Below the pieces are notes generated by a model. It searched no databases, was not told the DNA's origin, and saw only the letters and a list, made by a program, of their open reading frames with translations. This document shows positions 1-9,578 of a stretch of DNA of 64,000 bases, one piece after another. The position numbers and the translations under genes are program-made. This DNA comes from a virus (lineage: Duplodnaviria; Caudoviricetes), in the IMG/VR virus record IMGVR_UViG_3300020465_001196; one strand, 5' to 3'. Positions within the stretch are counted from its first letter, which is position 1. Each line of letters opens with the position of its first letter.

Positions 1-334
1 TATCTTTGGCTAATTCTAAATAATGCAAATCACTGGCTTTTCTAAATCTAATTGAACCTGGTCCTCTCCAATGTCTGCCTTCTGGTGTGTTTTCCCAATA
101 GCCACCTTTTAGTATTAATGCTCCCCAGTTCCAAGGATGACTATGTAGTATAGGTTCATCACTCATCATTACTTTGTGCATAGTAATATTAAAAGGAAAA
201 TTCTTTCTATCTTTTAAAAACAAATAGTATCTTACAAGATACTCTTGAGAGTTATCTCTATTATAGATTATTCTTTTTCTATCTTTAAAAAAATCTTTTA
301 TCACATTACTTAATTTAAGTTCTTCTTCAATCAC
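1..334 (-). CDS. Cupin-like phage protein, runs off the window edge
   Basis: Manually translated from GTG at 334: ...MHKVMMSDEPILHSHPWNWGALILKGGYWE..., an H-x-H-P-W cupin-like motif. Confidence 0.6.
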   Translation of the reverse strand, partial: MIEEELKLSNVIKDFFKDRKRIIYNRDNSQEYLVRYYLFLKDRKNFPFNITMHKVMMSDEPILHSHPWNWGALILKGGYWENTPEGRHWRGPGSIRFRKASDLHYLELAKD

Positions 335-633
335 ATCCATTTCCTTACTCTGTCAACTTTATCCATTTCACCTGGTTCAACTTTTTCTGGTACTGTGTAT
401 CCTTCTTGTGCTGAATATTCATCTAATTTTTCAACATCATCTTTTCTTTGTATTTTTTCTTTTGCATAAGTTATTAATTCACCTATACAATATATAATAA
501 ACACAATTAAACATAATACAAGCATAGCCATTGTATAAACTAATTTTGATAATGTTTTAAATATATCTAACTTACTATATTCTACTGATTTATCTTCAGC
601 TTTAAACCATAGTTCTTTTATTTTAGATTTCAT
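331..633 (-). CDS. Hypothetical protein with one transmembrane segment
   Basis: ORF abuts neighbours; hydrophobic stretch LVYTMAMLVLCLIVFIIYCIG. Confidence 0.6.
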   Translation of the reverse strand: MKSKIKELWFKAEDKSVEYSKLDIFKTLSKLVYTMAMLVLCLIVFIIYCIGELITYAKEKIQRKDDVEKLDEYSAQEGYTVPEKVEPGEMDKVDRVRKWM

Positions 634-1559
634 TATGTTCCTATTGCATTACCAAACAAATAAACGTGTACTCTTGCCGCAACATTATAACCTCGTTTAA
701 AGGCCTTTTCTGCTACTTTACCAGCACCTGCTATTTGCTCTTCTTCTCTAGCACCTGTTGGCATAACCCATATTGGCCAGTCAACACCTGCTTCTTTAAA
801 TTGTTTAATTACTGATTCCATTTCTTCCCATTCTCTATCTTCAGGGCCTACAACAAACTTTAATTGTCCTTTATCAGAAAGTTGTCTATACTCTGCAACT
901 GTTTCAGGTTTAATTGCTTTTTCAGGCTTCTCACCTGATACTGTAAATAATTTAGGACTTACACTAAAAAATATTTCTGTGTCTATTCTGTTTACCCATT
1001 CTTTAAATGGCTCTCTAATTTTTTGTGTACCGTTTGTTTCAAATGTCATTGATCCAGGCAAGTTACCTTGTCTTTCAAGTTCTTCATATATGCCTATGGT
1101 TGCTGTTTGACCTGTTACCATTAATGGTTCACCACCTGTAATACATAAATGTTGTCGTTGTCCTGTAACAGGATGTAAAAATAATCCTTTTGGATTACTT
1201 TCATTTTTCATTATATCAATTATTTTATTTGCCATTACAGTTGGCGTTTCTTGGCCCATCAAATCTTTAAACTTTTTTGCCCAAGTATAACTTGAGTCAC
1301 AACCTTTATCCCACACAGGCAAGTCTTCAACTTTTTTTACTGTTGATACATCAAAGTTTTCAAATGGCAAATCATATGTATCAGGATTTGTTGGATCTTT
1401 TTGTCCAAACCCATTACATTGTAAATTACATAAGAAAAATCTAATCCATGCTGTTGGAACACCTGTATAGTGTCCTTCACCTTGAATACTGTGAAATATT
1501 TCTGAATAGTAAAACTTTTTTTCTATAGTTTTGCTAAATTCATGTTTTGCCAACGTCAT
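633..1559 (-). CDS. queE: 7-carboxy-7-deazaguanine synthase (QueE-like radical SAM)
   Basis: EIFHSIQGEG, RFFLCNLQC...CDS, ITGGEP, ETNGT, SVSPKL and HVYLFGN motifs; start placed at MTLAK downstream of a sigma70 promoter. Confidence 0.85.
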   Translation of the reverse strand: MTLAKHEFSKTIEKKFYYSEIFHSIQGEGHYTGVPTAWIRFFLCNLQCNGFGQKDPTNPDTYDLPFENFDVSTVKKVEDLPVWDKGCDSSYTWAKKFKDLMGQETPTVMANKIIDIMKNESNPKGLFLHPVTGQRQHLCITGGEPLMVTGQTATIGIYEELERQGNLPGSMTFETNGTQKIREPFKEWVNRIDTEIFFSVSPKLFTVSGEKPEKAIKPETVAEYRQLSDKGQLKFVVGPEDREWEEMESVIKQFKEAGVDWPIWVMPTGAREEEQIAGAGKVAEKAFKRGYNVAARVHVYLFGNAIGT

Positions 1560-1582
1560 ATAATATTCTCCATTATGCAACT

Positions 1583-1610
1583 ATTATATAGTATTTAGGC
1601 AATATGTCAA
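1583..1610 (-). promoter_or_regulatory. Sigma70-type promoter for queE
   Basis: TTGACA-N16-TATAAT on the minus strand. Confidence 0.65.
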
Positions 1611-2137
1611 CCTTTTAAATAGGCCAACATTGTGTCTACATCTGATACTTCAAACGGATCAAAATCATCACCTTTGTCATTTTTTCCAGGTTCTATAAAC
1701 ATTTTCATAATGGCACCATTTTTAATTAGTGCTGAATATCTCCAACTTCTTTGGCCAAATCCTAAATGCTCTTTGTTAACTAACATACCCATTTCTTTTG
1801 TAAAATGAGCATTTCCATCTGGAATCATTTTAACATTTTCACAACCAAGATCTTTTGACCAACTGTTCATTACAAATGCATCATTAACACTAATACAATA
1901 TACTTCATCTACATAGTTACGAAGTTCTTTATATTTTTCTTCATAACCTGGTAAATGTGTAGAAGAACAAGTTGGAGTAAATGCTCCAGGTAAAGAAAAT
2001 AAAACCACAGTTTTGTTTTTAAAATAGTCATCAGTTGTTTTGTCTTTCCAACCGTATTCACCATCTTCTTTTTGAACTCTAGTTTTGAACGTGACTTGTG
2101 GTACACGATCTCTATACATTTCGTTTACTACATTCAT
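1607..2137 (-). CDS. Peroxiredoxin, Prx5-like
   Basis: [27 protein letters not shown] and RSWRYS motifs. Confidence 0.92.
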   Translation of the reverse strand: MNVVNEMYRDRVPQVTFKTRVQKEDGEYGWKDKTTDDYFKNKTVVLFSLPGAFTPTCSSTHLPGYEEKYKELRNYVDEVYCISVNDAFVMNSWSKDLGCENVKMIPDGNAHFTKEMGMLVNKEHLGFGQRSWRYSALIKNGAIMKMFIEPGKNDKGDDFDPFEVSDVDTMLAYLKG

Positions 2138-2613
2138 TTGTCTTTTCCTTTTTTCATGTTTTCTGCTTGGTATGGATCATCTGGATATGCACGTCTTACA
2201 CCTTTTGGTCGACCTTTTTGATCTCCAAGTGTTCTTGGTATAAAGTGTACGTGTGGCCAAAATATACTTTGACCCGCTGACTCCCCATGATTCATTCCTA
2301 AATTAAATCCATCTATTTCTCCTGAGTTAACCATTTCTATTCCTTTACGATATGCTTCTTGGAAACATAATCCAATCATACCAGGAGCATCTTTGGTTTT
2401 TGGGATAAACAATAAATGACCTTCTTTTGTAGGATACTTATCTTCATAAACAGCAAAGCAAGGTTCATCATGCACTGGATTACGTTCTGCCCAAACTGTT
2501 TCTTTAAATTCTTTTGGATTTGTGTTTACTGCTTCATTGTGCCACGGATACGGTTCATCTGACCATCTGTTGTTCATATTGCCCACCATTCTTCCCATGG
2601 ATATACTATCCAA
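2134..2613 (-). CDS. HIT family hydrolase
   Basis: [34 protein letters not shown] (histidine triad). Confidence 0.9.
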   Translation of the reverse strand: MDSISMGRMVGNMNNRWSDEPYPWHNEAVNTNPKEFKETVWAERNPVHDEPCFAVYEDKYPTKEGHLLFIPKTKDAPGMIGLCFQEAYRKGIEMVNSGEIDGFNLGMNHGESAGQSIFWPHVHFIPRTLGDQKGRPKGVRRAYPDDPYQAENMKKGKDK

Positions 2614-3056
2614 CTAGGATTTTCATCTTTGTTAATAAATTTTGAAACATAATCTACATCACCAAATTTACTTGGTTCGTTTTCTGTTAATACTGCAAAT
2701 CTAATATTAGCTGGCCAGTTTATTTCGCCTTGCTTATTCCAATCGTTCTTTAGCCAATTTAATGTATCTCCAGTATCATTAATATCATCTACAATTAAAA
2801 TGTTTTTACCATTAACTGCATCTTGAGCCATCCATTTGTTTGACTCTGGTTTAACAGAATGGTCACGCAATTTAATTTCTAATGTATGCATCGGTACTTG
2901 ATAATAATGACTTAACATTGTTGCAGGAATTAATCCTCCACGTGTTAATCCAACTACATAATCAGGTTTAAAATTATCTCCATCAACGGCAATTTGCTGT
3001 ACAATGTCAGACACCATATCTTCTATGTTTTCCCAGTTATAGTATTCTTTTTTCAT
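2574..3056 (-). CDS. Type I phosphoribosyltransferase, purine PRTase-like
   Basis: GLTRGGLIPA, PRPP-binding LIVDDINDTGDTL, C-terminal WIVYPWE. Confidence 0.9.
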   Translation of the reverse strand: MKKEYYNWENIEDMVSDIVQQIAVDGDNFKPDYVVGLTRGGLIPATMLSHYYQVPMHTLEIKLRDHSVKPESNKWMAQDAVNGKNILIVDDINDTGDTLNWLKNDWNKQGEINWPANIRFAVLTENEPSKFGDVDYVSKFINKDENPSWIVYPWEEWWAI

Positions 3057-4006
3057 ATGTGCATTACTGTTATTGGTTTAGTTTGTTCTTTTAATTTCTT
3101 TTCTTCAGCACTAGGAATAGTTTTAGTTGTTTTTACTGCAACTTCTTTTAAATATTCATCTTGCAAAAGACTTTTATGTACAAAAAATCTTTCCATTTTT
3201 TTAGTATAGTGTTCCCATTTAGTACCAACATCTGTACCATCAGATAATGTAATTACAAAATCTCTTGATAAAAACCAATCATATATTTGTTGACAACTAA
3301 ATCCAAAACGTTCAGGTTGCCCATCAACCATTTCTAATTGCACAATTGGTCTTTGTGTTACTATTGTGTTTTCTGCACCCATTACTACAGGAAATTCATA
3401 ACCTTCTGTATCTATTTTAATAATATCTACATTTTCAAAATTATATGAATCTAATGTTTTAACATCTACTTTTATTTTTTCAGGTTCAACTGTTCTTCTT
3501 CTTTTCTTTCCACTTGGTAAAGGTACTTCAATATTTTCAATATGATTATGTCCTGCATTGTCTTTTTTAATTAATATTTCAAAAGATCCTGGCTTATCAC
3601 CTAATCCATTATTGTATGTATTGATGTTTCCTGTTGTTTTTAATGATGCTCCAAACTTTCCATTAAAGTTTACACTACCATTTAAGTACCATGGCTTAAC
3701 CATATTTTCATCTAATTGTGCTTTTGCTAACACAATATTTTTAAGTGCCATATTGTATGTTTGTGGAGTTGGTTCAAATCCATGCACATCTTTTGCCCAA
3801 GTGGCATATTCAATTGTGTTCATACCAATATTCATGCCAACATCAATTATTGTTTTAGCATTTGGTTTTAATTCTCTAAGTCTTAATAAGTTTTGTTTTT
3901 GGTATGGACCAGCACCTGCAATTCTTTGTTGATAAAATGCATCGTCTTTGTAAATCCAATATTGTCTACCTATTGAGTTATCTACTAGCTCTTCTGTATA
4001 GGACAT
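3053..4006 (-). CDS. FkbM-family SAM-dependent methyltransferase
   Basis: IIDVGMNIG, GFEP, IIKIDTEGYE motifs. Confidence 0.88.
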   Translation of the reverse strand: MSYTEELVDNSIGRQYWIYKDDAFYQQRIAGAGPYQKQNLLRLRELKPNAKTIIDVGMNIGMNTIEYATWAKDVHGFEPTPQTYNMALKNIVLAKAQLDENMVKPWYLNGSVNFNGKFGASLKTTGNINTYNNGLGDKPGSFEILIKKDNAGHNHIENIEVPLPSGKKRRRTVEPEKIKVDVKTLDSYNFENVDIIKIDTEGYEFPVVMGAENTIVTQRPIVQLEMVDGQPERFGFSCQQIYDWFLSRDFVITLSDGTDVGTKWEHYTKKMERFFVHKSLLQDEYLKEVAVKTTKTIPSAEEKKLKEQTKPITVMHI

Positions 4007-4089
4007 TAATTGCCTCCTTTTGTTATTGGGCGGAGCCCTTTATTAAATTACTATTATAGTAAATTTTTTTATTATTGTCAACTTTAATT

Positions 4090-4236
4090 TTAACAAGCAG
4101 GACAGTTTCTAATTTGAAATTGCCAGAAAGGTTTAAGTTCTAATCCAAGCAATAAATTATCTCCATCTATCCATTGGCCAATTACATATGGTATTATTGA
4201 TGCAACTAAAAACACAATAACAATCCACTTATTCAT
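4090..4236 (-). CDS. Small 48-aa membrane protein ending in CPAC (not in ORF track)
   Basis: Manual translation MNKWIVIVFLVASIIPYVIGQWIDGDNLLLGLELKPFWQFQIRNCPAC; start overlaps the upstream stop. Confidence 0.55.
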   Translation of the reverse strand: MNKWIVIVFLVASIIPYVIGQWIDGDNLLLGLELKPFWQFQIRNCPAC

Positions 4237-4747
4237 ATTTGGTTTTGTAAACATATCCTAAATACTTGGTATCTTTAAACTTTTCGTCCATTTGCTCATC
4301 AAACGTTCTTCCAGGAGATGACGTTTCTTTTTGTGGTTGTTCTCCTTGTATTCTACTTCTTAATTCAGTAGTACTCCAATTATGATCTCTACTGTTATAA
4401 ACTAATTCTATTCCTTTATCTATACAAATTTGCTTACCAGTAAAATCTTTATCTTTATATTCTACACCTAGTATTCTTGCGTTAATTGTTTTAGTTCTTA
4501 AAATATCTTCTACGTCACGTTCTGTTTGATATACAATAATTTCATCAACATATTTGCAACCTTCTAATTGTATTTGTCTTTCAATAATAGATTGCACAGG
4601 TTTATTTTTTGTACCTGGTCTATCAATAGTTGGGTCTGTTTGCAAACCTGCAATTAAATAATCACAACTTTCTTTTGCTTCTTTTAACATTAACACGTGG
4701 CCTGCGTGTAATAAATCAAATGTTGAAAATGTTATTCCTATCTTCAT
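4229..4747 (-). CDS. Cytidylyltransferase (TagD/glycerol-3-phosphate CT-like)
   Basis: TFSTFDLLHAGH (HxGH), LQTDP, RILGVEY, STTELR. Confidence 0.9.
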   Translation of the reverse strand: MKIGITFSTFDLLHAGHVLMLKEAKESCDYLIAGLQTDPTIDRPGTKNKPVQSIIERQIQLEGCKYVDEIIVYQTERDVEDILRTKTINARILGVEYKDKDFTGKQICIDKGIELVYNSRDHNWSTTELRSRIQGEQPQKETSSPGRTFDEQMDEKFKDTKYLGYVYKTKYE

Positions 4748-5025
4748 AGTATAAACAATTGTACCAATGCTATTGCATTCATTATTGTAAACCAACTGCA
4801 CAATACAATTACAAATGCCGCTTTACGTATTACTGCACTAATAATTCCTAATGCTGAACCAAGGAAGTACATAGGAATAAAAATTCTTGTAGCAGGATCT
4901 AAAATTGTAAATGTTAATATTGCACTTGCCGTTATTAATAGTGAGGCTTCAACCATTTCACACCAAAATGCCATTGGTGAAAATGTATAACTGTCTTTTA
5001 CAAATTTTTTTATATGTGTTATCAT
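4744..5025 (-). CDS. Small multi-pass membrane protein
   Basis: Three hydrophobic segments; overlaps neighbours by 4 nt. Confidence 0.6.
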   Translation of the reverse strand: MITHIKKFVKDSYTFSPMAFWCEMVEASLLITASAILTFTILDPATRIFIPMYFLGSALGIISAVIRKAAFVIVLCSWFTIMNAIALVQLFIL

Positions 5026-5306
5026 AACCAGGTTAACCTAAATAGTGTATCAATTTTTCTATCATAAATTTGTACAGTAACATATCCTTCAGTAATTCCT
5101 ATTGCTCTATCTGTTTCCATAGGATGTCCACTTACGTACTTTTTAAAATTATATTTTTTTGGATTTATTTGATTTTTTCTAAACCACTCAGTGTATTTTG
5201 TAACTTTTTTGCCAATGTCCATATCTTCCCAAACTTCATAATCTGCATCTTCGCTTGGTTTAAATGTGAACAATGTATGCTCTGAAACATAGTTTGGTCT
5301 ATTCAT
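5022..5306 (-). CDS. Hypothetical phage protein
   Basis: Coupled ORF; ends DTLFRLTWL, resembling the partial ORF at the window end. Confidence 0.55.
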   Translation of the reverse strand: MNRPNYVSEHTLFTFKPSEDADYEVWEDMDIGKKVTKYTEWFRKNQINPKKYNFKKYVSGHPMETDRAIGITEGYVTVQIYDRKIDTLFRLTWL

Positions 5307-5973
5307 GGCCCTTCATGCTCAGCATCAAATCATAAAACTCTTGCCTTAGTGCTTTATTATCTCTAAAACCGCCTTCCATAATTGCTGTAGTCATATCTGA
5401 TTCATGTTCACGTACACCTCTATGTGTCATACAATGATGTTCTGCTTTTACAACAACTGCAATGTGTTCTGTTTTTGCATACTTTTTTAATTCATTTGCA
5501 ATCTGTGATGTCATTTCTTCTTGTATCTGTGGACGTTCTGCTATGTGATGAACTATACGATTAAATTTACTTAATCCAATTACTTCACCATTTGGTACAA
5601 TACCTATCCAAGCTCTACCTACAATGTTTTGAAAATGATGGGCACACGTTGATCTAATTGAAATTGGACCACTTGTATATAAACTTTTGTATCCCATATT
5701 TGGAAAACTAGTAACTCTTGGAGGTGCTTTAAACCTGCCACCAAACACTTCATTCACATACATTTTAGCAACACGTCTTGCTGTGTCTTGTGTGTTATGA
5801 TCGTTGTCTGTATCAATAACAAGGCTATCTAATACACCTTGCATTTTTTCTTGTACTTCTGCTTGTAATTGATCTAATTCACCGTCTTTAATATATTCTG
5901 AAATATTGTCATTTGAATGAAACCGTTGTCCGGCATCTTTTAATCTTTGTTTTATTTCTTTACTTACACTCAT
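5299..5973 (-). CDS. folE: GTP cyclohydrolase I
   Basis: TARRVAKMY, STCAHH, GLSKFNR, QIQE, HHCMTHRGV (Zn ligands Cys/His/Cys). Confidence 0.95.
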   Translation of the reverse strand: MSVSKEIKQRLKDAGQRFHSNDNISEYIKDGELDQLQAEVQEKMQGVLDSLVIDTDNDHNTQDTARRVAKMYVNEVFGGRFKAPPRVTSFPNMGYKSLYTSGPISIRSTCAHHFQNIVGRAWIGIVPNGEVIGLSKFNRIVHHIAERPQIQEEMTSQIANELKKYAKTEHIAVVVKAEHHCMTHRGVREHESDMTTAIMEGGFRDNKALRQEFYDLMLSMKGHE

Positions 5974-6057
5974 TTTGTTCTCCCGATGTTAAGGCAGAGG
6001 GTTGCCTTTTATGTTTCTTATTATAACAATTTTAAATTTAAATTGCAAGATATTTTA

Positions 6058-6363
6058 TTAGTGGATTGTGTGATTAATTGGAGGGTAATAATTACCCTTA
6101 TATGTAAATCCTGAATCAGGATGATTTAAACTTTCTGCTATTTCAAATATTTGGTGATACATATGAGGTTCTGGAGCATGGCCAAACTTTTCTACTATTT
6201 CAGCCATTGTAACTCTATAATGACCATCTTTGATTTTTTCACGAAAAAATTTAGCAAGTTCGTACATAACTTCCTCTTCTTCCCAGGAAATATAGTCAGG
6301 CAATTTTTTATCACCTACCATATCAAACTCTATTTCGAATTTTTTCTTTTTTTTCTTCCCCAT
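6058..6363 (-). CDS. Hypothetical protein
   Basis: ORF in operon context. Confidence 0.5.
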   Translation of the reverse strand: MGKKKKKKFEIEFDMVGDKKLPDYISWEEEEVMYELAKFFREKIKDGHYRVTMAEIVEKFGHAPEPHMYHQIFEIAESLNHPDSGFTYKGNYYPPINHTIH

Positions 6364-7450
6364 GCGTTACCTCATAATTCTTTATAGTATTTAAAAGATT
6401 ATTTGCAGAGAAGTATTTTTCAGTTAAATTTTGTGCTAATTTTTCTAATTTAGGCATTTTGTTATAATAATTTTCCATATCATGCCTAATCATTTTTATA
6501 AGTTTATCTTTGTTCTTTTCATAACTTTCATACGACTCTGTCCAACTTGAATCATATTTCCAATGTATATCATACATTTCTTTATAACTTAATCTATCAG
6601 GTACCATTGGCATTGCACCAACAAGTATTCCTTCGTATGGTGATATACCTAAAGTTTCTTGCGTGTTTGCACTAAACACCATTTTTGCTTCACCAAGTAA
6701 TTTATGATACTCGTGTTTAGTTAAATTTTGATCTTGACAAACAATAAATTCATACTCTGGAATATGTTTTGCTAAATCTCTAAATATGTCTGGTTGCTTT
6801 TCAGGAGCAATTCTATGTGGAAATAAAATTAAATTTCTTTTCTTTAAATTTTTATAATCTGCAAGTGCATCTTTCATATATTCCATTGGCCAACCAGTAC
6901 GAACAATTTTATTTGTTTTTGCCTGTGGAGTTAGCCCAACGTATGCACCTGCATTATCAATTGACCTAACAAATAAATCAATATGAAAATTACTTGCAAA
7001 ATGATTATGATCAAAACATTCAAAGAAAGAACGTTCTGCATATCTTACCCACGGAGCATCACCTATTAATCTACCTAAAAAGTCTGCAGGGTCATAACTA
7101 CCGGCGTGCCATAATCCATGTGTAATAACTTTAATGCCAAGTAATTCTGACATATACTTAACATTAATAATACCAGGATGCCAAGCATCAGTAAAGACAA
7201 CATGATCGCCATCTTTAACTTTGCCTTCTGTAAATGCTCTTGCAAGTTTTTCTATTTGTGTTGATTTATAAATGTTAGTACCACCAAAGTTTAAAAAAGC
7301 ACCAGGTGTTGTTGCTGGTGGAATATCTTCTGCACCTTCAACTACTTCAACTGTTAAACCTTTTGATTTTAATAACTCAGGAACATGAGTTTTCCATTGA
7401 CAAGTATATCTTGTTTCTACTGATTCTAAATCTATTAACCAAACTTTCAT
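6323..7450 (-). CDS. GT-B fold glycosyltransferase-like protein
   Basis: LFPHRIAPEKQP and ETLGISPYE (E-x7-E motif of GT4-like enzymes). Confidence 0.7.
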   Translation of the reverse strand: MKVWLIDLESVETRYTCQWKTHVPELLKSKGLTVEVVEGAEDIPPATTPGAFLNFGGTNIYKSTQIEKLARAFTEGKVKDGDHVVFTDAWHPGIINVKYMSELLGIKVITHGLWHAGSYDPADFLGRLIGDAPWVRYAERSFFECFDHNHFASNFHIDLFVRSIDNAGAYVGLTPQAKTNKIVRTGWPMEYMKDALADYKNLKKRNLILFPHRIAPEKQPDIFRDLAKHIPEYEFIVCQDQNLTKHEYHKLLGEAKMVFSANTQETLGISPYEGILVGAMPMVPDRLSYKEMYDIHWKYDSSWTESYESYEKNKDKLIKMIRHDMENYYNKMPKLEKLAQNLTEKYFSANNLLNTIKNYEVTHGEEKKEKIRNRV

Positions 7451-7481
7451 TTTATTATTATATTATAATTTATTAAAAGTG

Positions 7482-7805
7482 TCAATCTTTTTTAGGTGTA
7501 ACATCTTTGACCAATTCCATAAATTGTTGGTATTGCTGTGGATAATGTTTTTGTACGTGATCTAGCATACCTTGAACTGTAACTGGCTCTCCATCTGAAG
7601 GTCCTTTTAATACTTTCCAGTTATCATAATCAATTATAACTGTTGATGAATCCCAATGTCTTGTTTTTAATCTATCAACAAAATAAACGTATTCTTGAAC
7701 TCGCCATCTGCCTTCGGTACCAAAGTTTTTCATGGAAGGATTGGCTCCTTCTGCAGGCATATAACTATGTTGAAATACTACGAAATGTCCTTTATTCTTG
7801 CTCAT
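7482..7805 (-). CDS. Hypothetical phage protein
   Basis: ORF preceded by TAAATA. Confidence 0.6.
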   Translation of the reverse strand: MSKNKGHFVVFQHSYMPAEGANPSMKNFGTEGRWRVQEYVYFVDRLKTRHWDSSTVIIDYDNWKVLKGPSDGEPVTVQGMLDHVQKHYPQQYQQFMELVKDVTPKKD

Positions 7806-7812
7806 ACTACAA

Positions 7813-8739
7813 CTATTTATTACGAATTGCTTCTAATTCGACCATAGTTGCCGCTAAATTAATCTCAGGATCTACTACAACTGCATGATTAACAAGCCCT
7901 TCACGTATTGATAATAATGCTCTGTTTTGTTTTTCTTGTGTATCACCAAACCATTCTAAATTTTCATACATCTTTCTGTAAATGTTATCATATTGGTTTT
8001 GATCTGCATTTTCAACAATATACTTTCTTGCTTTTTCAATGTCACCATTTTGGAACATTGCTACATACGTGATTTCTAAATTACCTTCACCTATATCGCC
8101 ATCTTCTGGCTTTTCTAACTTGTCTGTTTGTGAATTCATTTGACAAGTATTAATACATTTTCTTAAATCTGGATAGTTTGCTTTAACATATATATCAAGT
8201 GTATCCATATCAAATTCAACGCCTTCATTAGCAAGTATCTCACCTGCTCTAACAGAAAACATTGTTTTGTCTAATTGCTTAATATGAAAGCCTTGACATC
8301 TAGAATGAATTGCTGGAATAACTCTACGTTCATAATTACAAGTTAATAAGAACCTACAAGTTGATGCATAATGCTCCATTAGTCCACGCAATATTGCTTG
8401 ACCATTTGGAGTAATATAATCTGCTTCATCTAGTAACACATATTTAAAATCACCAAATGGCATTGTTTGAGCAAAGTTAGTAATTTTGTCTCTCATTACA
8501 TCTACAGAGTTTTCATTAGATGCATTTATTTCTAATATATCACCTTTGTCAACTTCAAGTTCATGTAGTAATAATTTTGCTAATGTAGTTTTACCTGTAC
8601 CAGGATCACCACTAAACATTAGGTGAGGTATTGCTTTTGAATCAATCCAACTTTGAACTTGTCGTTCTTGTTTTTCATCACGAAAAACATATTCTTTAAC
8701 TTTTTTAGGTCTATACTTTTCTACCCATAATTCTTTCAT
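7813..8739 (-). CDS. Sliding-clamp loader ATPase subunit (gp44/RFC-small-like)
   Basis: LWVEKYRP, Walker A GDPGTGKT, INASNE, LLDEADY, SRC, YPDLRK. Confidence 0.93.
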   Translation of the reverse strand: MKELWVEKYRPKKVKEYVFRDEKQERQVQSWIDSKAIPHLMFSGDPGTGKTTLAKLLLHELEVDKGDILEINASNENSVDVMRDKITNFAQTMPFGDFKYVLLDEADYITPNGQAILRGLMEHYASTCRFLLTCNYERRVIPAIHSRCQGFHIKQLDKTMFSVRAGEILANEGVEFDMDTLDIYVKANYPDLRKCINTCQMNSQTDKLEKPEDGDIGEGNLEITYVAMFQNGDIEKARKYIVENADQNQYDNIYRKMYENLEWFGDTQEKQNRALLSIREGLVNHAVVVDPEINLAATMVELEAIRNK

Positions 8740-8819
8740 TATTTCCCGCCTATTAATTTGTTCAAGAGCTTACGCATACAACGTATAGTATAGTATATAA
8801 TTGATGATTTGTCAAATGA

Positions 8820-9176
8820 TTAAAATGTTGTTTTGCTAGATGATTGGATATCATCCGGTTTATTTTCTGAATATCCTAATATGCCTTCTGGATCGGCCTG
8901 TCTAAGATCAAATTCAGATTCTCCGTCATTTATTTTAACTGGCATAGTCCAACGACCATGTTCCATTAATACCCATTGGCCTTCTTTAATCCAATCAATA
9001 TTTGACCCAACTGAATATACTTCAGCCCATCTTGGTCTAATACCGGAGGCACCATCACTAACTGAATCACTTTGAGCTAAAATGATGCCACCTTTGGATT
9101 TTCTCATTCCTTGATCAATGTTTCTAACAAGAACTTTACTTCGCAAAGCTCTTATCTTACCATGTACTGTATTCAT
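8820..9176 (-). CDS. groES: Co-chaperonin GroES-like (gp31-type)
   Basis: IRALRSKVLV, mobile loop SKGGIILA, VYSVG. Confidence 0.8.
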   Translation of the reverse strand: MNTVHGKIRALRSKVLVRNIDQGMRKSKGGIILAQSDSVSDGASGIRPRWAEVYSVGSNIDWIKEGQWVLMEHGRWTMPVKINDGESEFDLRQADPEGILGYSENKPDDIQSSSKTTF

Positions 9177-9181
9177 TTTTT

Positions 9182-9559
9182 TTATTCTTCTACTTCTCTA
9201 ATTTCAATATCACCATTTGGTAATTCAACTTCAACAGTTTTCTTTACCTTTTGTGTAGGTGCTGGTTTTGATTTAGCCGCTTTTGGTTTTGCTTTTTGTA
9301 CTGGTGCACTATCCATTTCTTTTGTTTGAACTGGATCAATAGCGTCTTTAATGCTTACAGTTTTAACAACTGCTTTTGGATTACTCGCATAATAAGCCTG
9401 TGCTTGTTCAGTTTTAGTTTTAACAATATTACCGTTTGCGTCAAGTTGGTCTCCTCTAGCATTTGAATTCATATTTCCAACTGCTACTGCTTTTTCATTT
9501 TTTAAAGCAAGACCTTCTATATCAATCATTTGCCCTTGGTTCGTTCTTCTTTGTGCCAT
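9182..9559 (-). CDS. Hypothetical phage protein
   Basis: RBS (GGAG) and TAAATA upstream; AVGNMNSNARGD motif. Confidence 0.65.
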   Translation of the reverse strand: MAQRRTNQGQMIDIEGLALKNEKAVAVGNMNSNARGDQLDANGNIVKTKTEQAQAYYASNPKAVVKTVSIKDAIDPVQTKEMDSAPVQKAKPKAAKSKPAPTQKVKKTVEVELPNGDIEIREVEE

Positions 9560-9578
9560 AAATAATACTCCTATATAA

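Noticed and set aside
4011-4040. GGGCUCCGCCC hairpin upstream of the FkbM gene
   Set aside because: Only a 4-bp stem that does not cover the GGAGG RBS; too weak to call
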